A model generated the notes under the pieces. It saw only the letters and a program-made list of their open reading frames with translations. It had not been told where the DNA came from and did not search any database. Below, in pieces: positions 7,947 through 18,866 of a DNA stretch of 64,000 nt. The stretch lies in contig DXJO01000004.1 in the NCBI GenBank assembly GCA_019057475.1, forward strand, positions 64,001-128,000, given 5' to 3'. The stretch's first letter is position 1. The number at the start of each line of letters is the position of its first letter. Source of the DNA: Candidatus Thorarchaeota archaeon (GTDB taxonomy: Archaea > Asgardarchaeota > Thorarchaeia > Thorarchaeales > Thorarchaeaceae). Position numbers and translations under genes: made by a program.

Positions 7947-9800
7947 TTGAGCAAAGAACGGAAGAAGAAAGAAGACATCTCTTTGGAAGATCTGATAGCT
8001 CTACCTGTCCAGTTCATGGGCAACCCTGGTAGAACTAGTCGAAGAATATGCTTTGCATCAAATAAGACTGGCCGAATGGAATTACATTTACTTGATCTTG
8101 AAACGCAAGAGTTCTCTCAACTATCAAATGGTGAGTATCCAATATCTCCAGTGGGTTGGCATAAATGGGCTCCAGATGACACATATCTCCTATTTCCTAA
8201 GGACCCAATTCAGGGAAATGAGAAGAATGACATCTACAAAATATCAGTCCCAGATGGAAGAGTAACGCAAATTACCAATACTCCTGAATCCAGCGATGAC
8301 TTGGGAGAGGTTAGCCATGATGGGAAATGGATTGTCTTCCGCTCCGATCGTGTTGAGGGTATTGATCAACTGTTCAGAATGCGCCCTGATGGAACGGAAG
8401 TCACGCAGCTCACAGAGCATACCCGCCCGATTTCATTCTGGTCAGATGTTAGTATATCCCCAGATGATGAGTGGATTGCTTATACTGCAAATGAATCAGA
8501 GAATCTCCAGAATATCGATGTATGGGTTGTGAAAATGGATGGTTCTGATAGGAAGAAGCTCTTTGGAGTCCAAGATGGATCAAAGGAGTTGGTTCGGGCT
8601 TGGTCACGCGATGGTACTATGTTATTAGTATCATCTGACTATGCGGGGACTGACCAAGCTGGAGTTTATTTCCTGAACTCAGGTAATGTGAAATGGTTTG
8701 GAGAAGCAAGTGCTCCTGAGTCACCAGTGAAATTCACTGCTGATGGTAAACAAATCATAGTTGGACGTGACATTGATGCTGAGCAGAAACTTCTCCTCTA
8801 TGATATAAAAACTGGAGAGGAAACCACACTCGATATCCCCTCTGGATTTGCAGGTGCAGTATACACTACATTTGACGGAAATCATCTACTTGTGGGTCAT
8901 CAAGACTCGACCCATCGAATGCGTTTCATACTATACGATCTCATCAAGCATTCCTTTGAAGAGGTCATCCCTGCAGAGTATGGGAGATTTTCTCCTGAAG
9001 ATTTCCTCCCAGATGAATACATCAGCTATCCTTCTGGTGACACGACGGTTCATGCGATTCTATACAGGCCAAAGAATCTCAAGCGTGGTGTGAAGCTACC
9101 TGCTATCGTAGTACCCCATGGAGGTCCTACTGGACACTATATCCGCGTCTTCCTTGATGATGCTCAGGTACTTGCAAATGAAGGATATGTCTTATTGTAC
9201 CCGAATGTAAGAGGATCCACAGGATATGGTGTAGAATTCAGAGATGCATGTCTGAATGACTGGGGGGGCAAGGATCTTGATGACGTTGAGGCTGGGGTTG
9301 AGTATCTACGTAGTCTAGATTATGTGAATCCTGACCGAATAGGAATACATGGTGGTAGCTATGGAGGTTATTTGACATTCATGGCTGTCACAAAAAAGCC
9401 AGACCTCTGGAAAGCAGCCTCAGCTTGGATGGGAATCACTTCATTAAAGCATCTCCACGAGAAGTGCAAGGAAACATTCCCGGCTCTGCCATATTACCTT
9501 GAGGAGCAGATGGGCAAACCTGAGGACGAAGGAGTTCTTGAACTATGGGAAGACAGAAGCGCAATCAACTTCGTGAAGAATATGTCCGCCAAGCTTCAAA
9601 TGATTCATGCTGAGAACGACCCGCGATGTCCCATCGAGCAGTCTGAGATGTTCAGAGACCGATTAGTCGAATTGGGACGAAAAGAGGGAGAAGACTTCGA
9701 GTATGTCCATCTAACAGAAGAGGGACACGGGTCATTCGATAAAGACCAACGCGTACGGATGATGCGTCACGTCTTTGACTTCTTTAATCGAAACCTCTGA
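7947..9800 (+). CDS. S9 family peptidase (acylaminoacyl/dipeptidyl peptidase) with PD40/TolB-like propeller
   Basis: HGGP, NVRGSTGYG, GGSYGG nucleophile, ENDPRC Asp, EGHG His. Confidence 0.92.
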   Translation: MSKERKKKEDISLEDLIALPVQFMGNPGRTSRRICFASNKTGRMELHLLDLETQEFSQLSNGEYPISPVGWHKWAPDDTYLLFPKDPIQGNEKNDIYKISVPDGRVTQITNTPESSDDLGEVSHDGKWIVFRSDRVEGIDQLFRMRPDGTEVTQLTEHTRPISFWSDVSISPDDEWIAYTANESENLQNIDVWVVKMDGSDRKKLFGVQDGSKELVRAWSRDGTMLLVSSDYAGTDQAGVYFLNSGNVKWFGEASAPESPVKFTADGKQIIVGRDIDAEQKLLLYDIKTGEETTLDIPSGFAGAVYTTFDGNHLLVGHQDSTHRMRFILYDLIKHSFEEVIPAEYGRFSPEDFLPDEYISYPSGDTTVHAILYRPKNLKRGVKLPAIVVPHGGPTGHYIRVFLDDAQVLANEGYVLLYPNVRGSTGYGVEFRDACLNDWGGKDLDDVEAGVEYLRSLDYVNPDRIGIHGGSYGGYLTFMAVTKKPDLWKAASAWMGITSLKHLHEKCKETFPALPYYLEEQMGKPEDEGVLELWEDRSAINFVKNMSAKLQMIHAENDPRCPIEQSEMFRDRLVELGRKEGEDFEYVHLTEEGHGSFDKDQRVRMMRHVFDFFNRNL

Positions 9801-9949
9801 TTCGATTAGTAAACATATGATGGGGAGTTCTGGTGGCCTTTCATACCGCGAACTCTCCTGATGGGATTTCACTAGAGTCATTCTGTCTAGTCTCAAGTAC
9901 CTGTTTCTTCTGAATATAACTCGCGCAATAGGCGTTTGAACAAGGTAAT

Positions 9950-11125
9950 TCACTCAGGTTCCTGGGGTCTCGCAAGCAGCGCCTGCTGATATCGTTTCAT
10001 GCCAACATAATACACGGGAACCGGAAGCAGTTCCATAATTCCCACCATGACGAATGGAGCAGCGGGGTTGAGTGAAACCCACATCATTCCTCCCATAATG
10101 GGCGCAACGAATCTCGCGAAGGCCAGCACACCGCGGAAGTGACCAAACCCTTCGTGAGCCTTCCCCTCGTACGCTGTGCCAAATACAGAAGACATCACAG
10201 TGTGACCTGCTGTCCCAACAACGGTCTGAACGATGAAGATTGCGGCAATCCACCACAGGTTGGGGGCAAAGACGAACATGATGTTTGTTGCAAACCCAAT
10301 CAGGGATGCGAATGCAACCACGTGGATTTTGTTGGCTTTGTCTGCATATCTCCCTATAGGCTCGCTCACGAATGAAATGATGATACCCGGGGGAAGGTAA
10401 ACCAGTGCTATGAGCATGATGTCTGTGGTGAATCTCTCGAGAATGAATAGCTCGACAAATGGCGATAGAAGTGACATCCCAAAGGCATTGATGGCTGCAG
10501 CTATCACCAACGCTACAATACCAACGGCAATTGCGGCCTGCTTGTTTTGAGAGAGAACCGGCGCTTCTTACTCGATTGGCGGCACTCGACTTGCTAGCAC
10601 TATCACTCCACCGATTAGGCTAGTCGCAGCAAAGAACAAGAACGGAACAATTCCGTTGAAGATGGTTAATAGGCTGAAACCAATAAACGCCCCTATTATG
10701 GACTCACGCCCGTTTGCAGCTTCCCGACGCCCGAAAGCTTCTGCTCGATTCTCATGAATTGCTCGCTCGGAAATCTCTGCATCACTGCCTACATAGTAGA
10801 AGGCCGCTCCGCATCCCCATACAAGACTATTGAGAATGAGCAAATCCACCAATCCGAGGTAGATTGCCATAGCCATTCCGATGTATGATAGTGATCGAAA
10901 CAGAGCTCCTGCAAAGATTGCTTGACGCCTTCGTTTTCTCTTCACGATTCTTCCGGCCAATGGTGAGAATATCGCAATTCCAAGAGTGAATGAAGCGAAG
11001 ATCATCCCCACCTGGATTGCATTGGCTCCATTGTGACCGCCATGATTGGAAGAATGAATGCCACATAGAAAAAGCCCAAACTGCAGAAAAGCGATGAATT
11101 GTAGATTGACTTGGGGCTCGCCCAA
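9950..11125 (-). pseudogene. MFS transporter, disrupted (in-frame TAA at 10568-10570 plus two compensating frameshifts at about 11030-11083)
   Basis: ORFs 10568-11125 and 9950-10510 are in the same frame across one TAA (PPIE*EAPV); GRYADK MFS motif; TM1 reads SLGFFYVAFILPIMAVTM only in a shifted frame. Confidence 0.75.
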
Positions 11126-11198
11126 TCAGTCTTCCTTTGCGAATCTTCTATGTTATCCCTCCCCCTCAGTTTGCTTTCCTGTCTGGGTGTTCTATCCG

Positions 11199-12182
11199 CT
11201 AGAGATAACAGGCTACGAATCTACCGGGCTTGACTTCAACCAGTTCCGGCTCCTCGGCTTTGCACTGAGGACCGAATTCCTGACAGCGAGGCTTGAAGCG
11301 GCATCCCGGAGGAAGGTCAATGGGAGTTGGGGTTTCTCCAGGCAGCATTATCCTATGCCTCTTATGTGTGGGGTCTGGTATCGGGATGTTTGAAACCAAC
11401 GCCTTTGTGTAAGGATGAAGCGGATCCATGATGACCTCCTCCATTGGGCCCGTTTCCACAAGGCGTCCAAGATACATTATGACGATGTAATCGGCGATGT
11501 ATCGTGCTTGAGCCAAATCGTGAGTGATGAAGATATAGGTGAGGCCATGTTCCTCCTGCAGGTCTTCCATTAGGTTCATGATCTCGGTTCGAATGCTTGC
11601 ATCAAGCATGGACACTGGTTCATCAGCGATTATGAGCTTCGGCTCCAAGATGAGTGAACGTGCGATTGCCACTCTCTGAAGCTGACCTCCGCTGAGCTCA
11701 TGTGTGTAGCGCCTTGCAAAATCCTTTGCCGGCATGAGCCTTACATTCTCGAGAGCAGCAAGAACGCGACGGCGCAGTTCGGCTTCATTTTCTTCGATTT
11801 TGTGAATGGTGAGCCCCTCACCGACAAGTGTTTCAACGGTAAGCCGGGGGTCTAGGACCTCGAAGGGGTTCTGGAAGATGATCTGCATTTTCAGTCTCAA
11901 CAGGCGGAGTTCCTCTCGCGTCAAATCGGATATGTTGACTCCTTCGAAGTATGCACTTCCTGACGTGGGTTCAATAAGACGAAGGATAGTCCTAGCTAGT
12001 GTTGTTTTACCGCAGCCAGACTCTCCTGCAATGGCGATTGAGCCGCCTCTCGGGACATCAAAGCTCACATCGTCTACAGCCTTTACGTATTTCTTTTCCT
12101 GCATGAAAGAAAGGAGTCCTGAACGCACAGGAAACCATTTCTTTAGGTTCCGAACTTCAAGGATGGGCTCTACTGATGTCAT
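11199..12182 (-). CDS. Oligopeptide/dipeptide ABC ATP-binding subunit (OppF/DppF-like)
   Basis: GESGCGKT, LSGGQ, ADEP, HPYT, C-terminal GCRFxPRC. Confidence 0.93.
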   Translation of the reverse strand: MTSVEPILEVRNLKKWFPVRSGLLSFMQEKKYVKAVDDVSFDVPRGGSIAIAGESGCGKTTLARTILRLIEPTSGSAYFEGVNISDLTREELRLLRLKMQIIFQNPFEVLDPRLTVETLVGEGLTIHKIEENEAELRRRVLAALENVRLMPAKDFARRYTHELSGGQLQRVAIARSLILEPKLIIADEPVSMLDASIRTEIMNLMEDLQEEHGLTYIFITHDLAQARYIADYIVIMYLGRLVETGPMEEVIMDPLHPYTKALVSNIPIPDPTHKRHRIMLPGETPTPIDLPPGCRFKPRCQEFGPQCKAEEPELVEVKPGRFVACYL

Positions 12183-13156
12183 TCAATCACCTCGAAAGAC
12201 AGTTCTCCAGCGAAGTGACACTTTGCGTAATGTCCCTGCTTGATTTCTCTATACATAGGTTCTTTCTCTTTGCAGATATCCTGAGCGTAGGGACACCTTG
12301 GATGGAACCTGCAGCCAGCGGGAGGATTCAGTAGGTTTGGAGGAGTACCTGGAATGAACTGCAGGCGCTTCTTTTCCCCGATTACACTCGGGAATGCACC
12401 AATCAACTTGGATGTGTACGGATGCAGATTGTGCTTGAACACTGCCTTCGCACTGCCCACTTCAACTAGGTTGCCTGCGTACATTATGCCTACGTTGTGA
12501 CAGTTCTCTGCAACAACTGACAGGTCGTGAGTGATGAACAGGACTGCAAGCTCGTACTTTTCCTGCAGCTTCCTGAGCAAGTCCAGTATCTTGTTCTGGA
12601 CTATCACGTCAAGGGCTGTCACCGGCTCGTCAGCAATGACGAGCATTGGATCACACGCAAGAGACTGGGCAATGATGGCACGTTGGAGCATTCCGCCACT
12701 GAACTCATGAGGGTAGTCTCTTTGCCTCTTCGGTTCTAGACCCACCTCATCGAAAAGATCGGAAACAGTTGCTCTTGCCTCTTCCTTGCTGACACCTTCC
12801 TTCTCACGAATCACCTCAACAATCTGGGCGCCTATGCGAAGCACAGGATTGAACGCATTCATGGCGTACTGGAAAATTATGGATGCTTTTCTCCATCTTA
12901 AATACCTTATCTCCTCTTCACTGAGAGCGGTAATTTCCTCATCTCCAAGCCTTATCGTGCCCTGTACTATCCGACCGTTCTCAGGGAGCAGACGCATGAT
13001 GCTGTATGCAGTAGTTGTCTTGCCGCAGCCTGACTCACCAGCGAGCCCAAGAGTTTCCTTCGCCTCTATCTTGAAGGACACACCATCTACGGCCTTGACT
13101 GACTCCTTGCCGAGGTAGTAGTAGGTCTTGAGATTCTCAACTTCAAGAACTGCCAT
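12179..13156 (-). CDS. Oligopeptide/dipeptide ABC ATP-binding subunit (OppD/DppD-like)
   Basis: GESGCGKT, YPHEFSGGM, ADEP, GCRFHPRC; start at MAVLEV. Confidence 0.93.
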   Translation of the reverse strand: MAVLEVENLKTYYYLGKESVKAVDGVSFKIEAKETLGLAGESGCGKTTTAYSIMRLLPENGRIVQGTIRLGDEEITALSEEEIRYLRWRKASIIFQYAMNAFNPVLRIGAQIVEVIREKEGVSKEEARATVSDLFDEVGLEPKRQRDYPHEFSGGMLQRAIIAQSLACDPMLVIADEPVTALDVIVQNKILDLLRKLQEKYELAVLFITHDLSVVAENCHNVGIMYAGNLVEVGSAKAVFKHNLHPYTSKLIGAFPSVIGEKKRLQFIPGTPPNLLNPPAGCRFHPRCPYAQDICKEKEPMYREIKQGHYAKCHFAGELSFEVIE

Positions 13157-13157
13157 T

Positions 13158-14705
13158 TCAGCGTCGCCTCCCTCGTAAGCGTGGATTGACAACTTTGTCC
13201 GCTGCGTGACTCACGAACACGAAACCTAACGAGGTCAGTAGGATCAGCAATCCCGGTGGAAGAATCCACCACCATGCCATATTGAGAAGTGCCGCGTTCT
13301 TGTTTGCCCAATGAAGCATGATACCCCAGCTGGGTGGCCCGTGAATATCCACGAAACCAAGGAACGCGATACCTGCCTCACCAAGAATAGCACTAACAAC
13401 ACCAAGAATCATGTTTGCCAAGATAAGTGGCAAAGTGTTTGGAAGAATGTGTTTGATGAGGATGTATCTATCCGAAGCACCTAATGCATGGGCCGCCTCT
13501 GTAAGAGGTCTCTCCCTGAGAGATAGCGCCTCACTTCGTACCATTCTCGCTGTTCCTGTCCAACCAAGAATTGCAATGACAAAAATGATGTTGTGAAGAC
13601 CCTGTCCAAACATAATCAGAAATACTAACATCAGTGGGAGTGTTGGAAGTGAAAGGAATACATCAGTTATTCGCATTAGAATAGTATCAACAGATCCGCC
13701 ATAATAGCCAGATATCAAACCCACTGTAGTACCTAGACCCACGGCGACAATACTAGCTGTGAATCCAACTATAAGTGAAATTTGAGTTCCATAAACTAGG
13801 CGACTCAAGATATCCTGACCGATGTGATTAGTTCCCAGCGGAAATTCTGCTGAAGGTGGTAGAAGCAGATTCTCTCCAATTCCAGCTGTTAATTCGCCCC
13901 AGTTTCGTATCAACCCTGCCCATTCAAGCACTGGTGCAATTAATGCTAGACCAACGATTGCGCCAATAATGCCCAGACCGACAAGCCCCATCCGTTCATG
14001 AACGAACTCGCTCCAGAATGATTCAATGCTCCTGCGATAATTCCAAATCGATTCGATTATTTTGGGAAGGATCATGTATGCTGGAATTAGGATGAATGTT
14101 GCGATAAGTGAGATTCCACCCAGTGTATTGTTTAGTGGCACCGAAAGCACTGCTGGCAAAATAGTAGTTCCAGTTGCTGCTTCGGAGAGGAATCCTTCTA
14201 ACACAATCCAGATTCCTACACTGCCAACTGCGATTCCACGATAAAGATCAATCTGTCGATTCGACCAATGGGCGAGTAGTTTTGGATTCCATAGAAAGAG
14301 CACGAATGCGAAAATGAATCCTATTCCTATACCAAATGCAAAGAAGAAGAGTATTGTAAGTCCAACTAGTAATAATGGTTGTAGAATTTTTACCAGACGA
14401 TAATTATAGAACTGCTTGTAATAAAGTGCGAGGAACATTGTTCCTCCGAACAATGCCCAACCGCTGATTCGATATGATGTTGTTATGAACAAACTGTAAT
14501 CTTCAGACAACCCTGTTACTTCGAAGGACAACCATCCAACTAAGATGTTTGTCACTGAATCTACAATGAATATGACTAAGAGAGTAAGTAAGATGAACGA
14601 TCCTAGTGAAGCCAATTTTACATGCCAGGGTTTCTTCTTACTTGCTGTTTCGAATATTTCATTGTCTGAATCCGTTGAGATATCTTGGTGTGTCATTTTC
14701 TGCAT
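13158..14705 (-). CDS. Peptide ABC permease (OppC/DppC-like) with a long multi-TM N-terminal extension
   Basis: FPLGTNHIGQDILSRL, EAAHALGAS (EAA loop), HILPN; about 200 extra hydrophobic N-terminal residues. Confidence 0.9.
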   Translation of the reverse strand: MQKMTHQDISTDSDNEIFETASKKKPWHVKLASLGSFILLTLLVIFIVDSVTNILVGWLSFEVTGLSEDYSLFITTSYRISGWALFGGTMFLALYYKQFYNYRLVKILQPLLLVGLTILFFFAFGIGIGFIFAFVLFLWNPKLLAHWSNRQIDLYRGIAVGSVGIWIVLEGFLSEAATGTTILPAVLSVPLNNTLGGISLIATFILIPAYMILPKIIESIWNYRRSIESFWSEFVHERMGLVGLGIIGAIVGLALIAPVLEWAGLIRNWGELTAGIGENLLLPPSAEFPLGTNHIGQDILSRLVYGTQISLIVGFTASIVAVGLGTTVGLISGYYGGSVDTILMRITDVFLSLPTLPLMLVFLIMFGQGLHNIIFVIAILGWTGTARMVRSEALSLRERPLTEAAHALGASDRYILIKHILPNTLPLILANMILGVVSAILGEAGIAFLGFVDIHGPPSWGIMLHWANKNAALLNMAWWWILPPGLLILLTSLGFVFVSHAADKVVNPRLRGRRR

Positions 14706-14711
14706 TCCTCC

Positions 14712-15731
14712 TTAATATCTAATTCTTGGATCCAGGTACAAGTACAACACATCCGCTAGAAAATTCGCAAAAACTGTGATACTTGCTAAGAATAGAAATA
14801 TCCCCTGTAAAACCGGATAATCTACTGATAATACAGAATGATACGTCAACAATCCTAATCCTGACCAACTAAAAACGAATTCAGTAATCATAGCGCCACT
14901 GATAAGGTACGGTAGGTTGACTGCAACAACGCTGACCATCGGTAACATTGCATTTCTCATAGCATGTCCAAAGAGTATTGTGCGTTCTTTGAGCCCTTTT
15001 GCTCTAGCTGCAAGAATATAATCTTGTGTGAACACATCTAGTACCGAATCTCTCATTATCAGGTAGAAACCTCCAATGAACGATAATGTTAGAACTATCC
15101 ATGGCCCTGTCATATGCCACAAGTAATCACGCCAATAATCAAGGAAATTCACATGCACATAGCCTCTTGTGATTGTTCCTGCAAGAGGAATAATTCCTAA
15201 TTGAAATCCGAAAAACATCAGCATTAGTAGACCAATCCAAAATACGGGCATTGCGTATGCGACAAGAAAAGTTACAGTGGATCCAGTGTCAATTAAGGTG
15301 TCGCGTCGAGCTGCTGCAATAACACCGACTACTATTCCGATGATTATTGCTGCGGCCATTGAAGCTCCCATCAGAATGAATGTGTTTGCAAATCTGAAAT
15401 CAAAAATCGTTTTCCAAACTGGCTCTCCGAAATGTGAAAAGGAATAGCCCATGTCTCCTTGAAAGAGATTAACCAGATAGATGAAATATTGTTCAATGAG
15501 ACTCTTGTCTAACCCAAATCGTTCAACGATTGCTTGTCTAAGTTCTGGAGGGATGCCTTCACCTAGAAGTGCCTGACGAGGATCTCCTGGCATAACTCTG
15601 AAAATGATAAAATTCAGTGTTATGATCATAAACCACACTATGATTGTTTGTACGAAACGCTGAGCAATATACCGCCGGGTTCCAACACTAGTTCTTGCTG
15701 ACACAGCACCACTCTCATTCAATATATGCAA
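14712..15731 (-). CDS. Peptide ABC permease (OppB/DppB-like)
   Basis: MPGDP, FGLDKS, ARAKGL, HAMRNA, DPRIR; the true start may be a few codons downstream. Confidence 0.92.
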   Translation of the reverse strand: MHILNESGAVSARTSVGTRRYIAQRFVQTIIVWFMIITLNFIIFRVMPGDPRQALLGEGIPPELRQAIVERFGLDKSLIEQYFIYLVNLFQGDMGYSFSHFGEPVWKTIFDFRFANTFILMGASMAAAIIIGIVVGVIAAARRDTLIDTGSTVTFLVAYAMPVFWIGLLMLMFFGFQLGIIPLAGTITRGYVHVNFLDYWRDYLWHMTGPWIVLTLSFIGGFYLIMRDSVLDVFTQDYILAARAKGLKERTILFGHAMRNAMLPMVSVVAVNLPYLISGAMITEFVFSWSGLGLLTYHSVLSVDYPVLQGIFLFLASITVFANFLADVLYLYLDPRIRY

Positions 15732-15768
15732 TTATGTACTACTTAAAAGACCGCGGAATTACGTGGGC

Positions 15769-15805
15769 AAAAAGAAAGGAGTAGGGACCTAAGCTAGGCC
15801 CCTTA
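15769..15805 (-). terminator. Hairpin plus U-rich tract after the first SBP gene
   Basis: Minus strand GGGGCCTA-GCT-TAGGTCCC followed by TCCTTTCTTTTT, about 15 nt after the stop. Confidence 0.5.
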
Positions 15806-15817
15806 AACCAGTTTGAA

Positions 15818-17548
15818 TTATTTCTTCTTCATGAAGAGGTAGGTCACAATTACACCTACAATCAGCGCACCAGCACCAATTCCAATCACGAGAACCCAGT
15901 CAACGCCTGTTGGAGGTTCAGTAACTAAACCAGAGTCGTACATAAAGACCATAGCTCGTGGGTTGAATGATGTAAATGGTCCACCGGGTGGTGTAGTGAA
16001 GTTGACCCACTCAGCTCTCATTGCGTGAGTGTCATCAGACAAGAAGAGTGGTATGAATGGCTTGTGCTCAAGGCAGTCAAGTTGAACTTGCCTTGCTGCA
16101 GCAGCTATTGTCGCGGGTGTAGCGCCCACGAAGTCATCCAAATGTGTGTCTACTGCAGTATCACTGAGACCATAACAGTTGTCACCCCAGTCAACAATGT
16201 TGTCTGAGTGCATTCTCCACCAGACATGGTCTGGTACAGCACTGTAACCGTGACTCATCTCATAAGCGATGAATGCACGTGGTTCTGCATAAATGCCTTC
16301 ATACATTGGACCATCATCCATAACTTTGACGTTACAGTCGATACCTATTTTGGCTAGTTGAAGCTTGATACCTGTTCCAGTTGCTACGCTGATGTCATCC
16401 CATGAGAGGACCCAGAGGTCAAAATCTAGATCATCAAAGAAGCCATCCTCGTCTCCGTCTGTGTATGTATCATTCAAAAGGTCGATTGCTGCATCAATGT
16501 CCTGAGTTGGGAATGCGCCATCATTATCAAAGTATGCTGGGAAGAACTCGGCTGGAATGCAACTGTTAGTTGGTGTTCCAAATCCAAGTCTGCCAATGTT
16601 GATAAGTTCTTGACGATCAATTCCTAGTGCAATTGCATCTCTAACATCAGGATCATCGAATGGTGCAACTGTTGTATTAAATCCTAGAACATAATCCCAT
16701 TGGGATACAACACCTGTAACTAGTTGTAGTTCGGGTGCATTTAGGATTGAGTTTACATAAGCACCAAAGACTTCGTAGCGTTCTGTGTCAGCTTCACCAC
16801 TTCTCATTGCGAGAATACGAGCATCCTGACCGAGTACCACATCAATTCGAAGGCTTTCGATATTCGGTAGTTGACCCACATATGGATTATCAGGACCCCA
16901 CCAGTCGTCGTTTCTTTCCATCTGAATAAATTCACTGGGGGTTCGTGAAACGAACTTGAATGGACCTGAACCAATGTGAGCAGTTACGTTTGTAGCATCA
17001 TCCCACACAGCTGCATCGGCAGCAACACCTTCTCGAATGTGTTTTGGCAGAAGATGCATTGAACCTAAGTTATCAACAGCAAATGTAAATGGTTCATCAA
17101 ATACAACTGTAACAACCTGACCGCTAACGGTAATTGTTGTTGTATGCTGTAGTAGTGACCAATAGTTTGCATCTGCCGGTGCGGCCTTGTGATGGTCAAA
17201 AGTGAATTTGACATCTGCAGGTGTTAACGCAGTACCATCATGCCAAGTAGCACCCTCTCTTATGGTGAAGGTGACACTCATTCCATCTGCGGACACTGTC
17301 CACGCCTCGGCTAACCAAGGTATCATTTCTAGGTCGTCATCGTATGAGATAAGTGTATCATAAATCAGCATGTCGTACTAGGTTGAGCGTGCGCTACGGG
17401 CAAATATTGGGTTTTGTTCACCAATATCTGAAGGATATGCCATGACGAATTCCATGACATCATCCTGAGCCGCAACGGGTGCGCCCATCACTGGAAAGAA
17501 CAAGAGAATAGCTAGAATGATACAGCTTGCTCTCTGAGTGTTTTTCAT
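15818..17548 (-). pseudogene. Family 5 peptide-binding protein (signal peptide plus C-terminal TM anchor) interrupted by an in-frame TAG at 17378-17380
   Basis: AGGAGG SD, ATG 17548 and signal peptide MKNTQRASCIILAILLFFPVMGAPVAA are in frame with ORF 15818-17371 except for one TAG (ARST*YDMLIYDTL); WHDG..LTxxDVKFT, GSGPFK motifs. Confidence 0.85.
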
Positions 17549-17678
17549 ACAATCTTTCCTCCTATAACAACTAGAAGTAGAGTACTCTAGTGAACTTAAT
17601 CATTTGCATCGTATGGTTTAAAGCTTTTGAAAATAGTGATATCGCATGAAGAAAAAGCTGAATGGAAAGATTCGCTAA

Positions 17679-18473
17679 TCAACAGAAATCATGTTTCAAT
17701 TTCTTCTGATACAAATCATCCTTTTCACAGATACGTGATAGCGCGATACCGTTCTGAAGTGCCTTATCTAGAGAACCTTCACCTATGTTCTCTAGAAATA
17801 GGAACCTTTCCTTTCCTGATTCTATGTTTTGGAAAATCGCCATTATTGTTTGAATATATACGCGTTCCTCAATCTCAAAACTGTCAACTCGATATTCTAG
17901 TGGGCAATTTGTCACAAGTGATGCAGCTACTGAAAAACTGTGAATTGATTTTCGCTTCAGAGCTAGATCATTCTCTCTGTGCCGAGATTTTGGTGATCTT
18001 GGAATGAAAAGTGGAAATGCCGCACCTGATCCCAATTGAATCCCTCTAAGTTCCTCATCCATTCCAAGGAGTGTTTTCTTAGATTCTTGGATTTTGTTCA
18101 CAAATGCATCAATGAAATTTCGAAGATTATCATCATCTGAGTCTAATGCATTAGTTGAGATAATCGATTTGTCAATGCTCTGAATTCGTTTTTCAGTATG
18201 CATCGGTCTCCACAATAGAAACCAATCGTCTGAAATAATGGCAAGAGGTGCAAGTGTTTCATCTACTAGTGAGCGAAATGTTTCCTTCTGGTTTGTCTTT
18301 ATTCTTGATGCACCAAATCGCACGAACCTGAAAGGTCTCCAAATTGGTTGAGATACTGTTACAGATTCCAATTCTTGTTTACTAAGGATTCCTTTACGTT
18401 TGGCCCTCTTTCGAAAGAAGGATTCAATTTCGCCATCATCGAATTCTTCTATTTCAAAAACTTTCATCTTCAC
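17679..18473 (-). CDS. Hypothetical protein (264 aa), low GC
   Basis: Long ORF with a GAGGA SD-like site; no family recognised. Confidence 0.65.
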   Translation of the reverse strand: MKMKVFEIEEFDDGEIESFFRKRAKRKGILSKQELESVTVSQPIWRPFRFVRFGASRIKTNQKETFRSLVDETLAPLAIISDDWFLLWRPMHTEKRIQSIDKSIISTNALDSDDDNLRNFIDAFVNKIQESKKTLLGMDEELRGIQLGSGAAFPLFIPRSPKSRHRENDLALKRKSIHSFSVAASLVTNCPLEYRVDSFEIEERVYIQTIMAIFQNIESGKERFLFLENIGEGSLDKALQNGIALSRICEKDDLYQKKLKHDFC

Positions 18474-18578
18474 TCCTCTAGAAACGTCGAATTAAGCACA
18501 AACTAGAACCAAATAAGAAGTTCGACTGATTCTGCATCAGAGGGAGGATAGTTCACAAGGAACTTCTTCATACAATTT

Positions 18579-18866
18579 ATGACTTCCATGATTGACAAAC
18601 TTGAGAAGCACATAGAGGAGAATCTTGAGAATGCTTTGAACGATTTGAAAGAGTTCGTTCGTATTCCTTCTATTGCAACTAAGAATCAAGGCATAGTGGA
18701 GGCTGCTGAATTTCTAAAAAGCCATCTTAGTAGTGCGGGAGTGAAAGTGAAAATTCACAATACATCAGGTTCACCTGTTGTTACAGGCCATCTTGATGTT
18801 GGCGCAAAACGAGCTCCTGAGTTTATTTAAAAGAACGCCGATTTTCTGAAGGCTGATGGAGGGATA
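18579..18866 (+). pseudogene. M20 peptidase remnant with an internal deletion of about 80 codons
   Basis: Aligns to the N-terminus of the 19447 gene up to DVGAKR, then jumps to PEFI*KNADFLKADGGI; a 20-nt string at 18846-18865 is identical to 19951-19970. Confidence 0.85.

Noticed and set aside
7947-9800. S9 peptidase as part of the RiPP locus
   Set aside because: Separated from the locus by an oppositely oriented gap gene; S9 peptidases are common in peptide-degrading archaea
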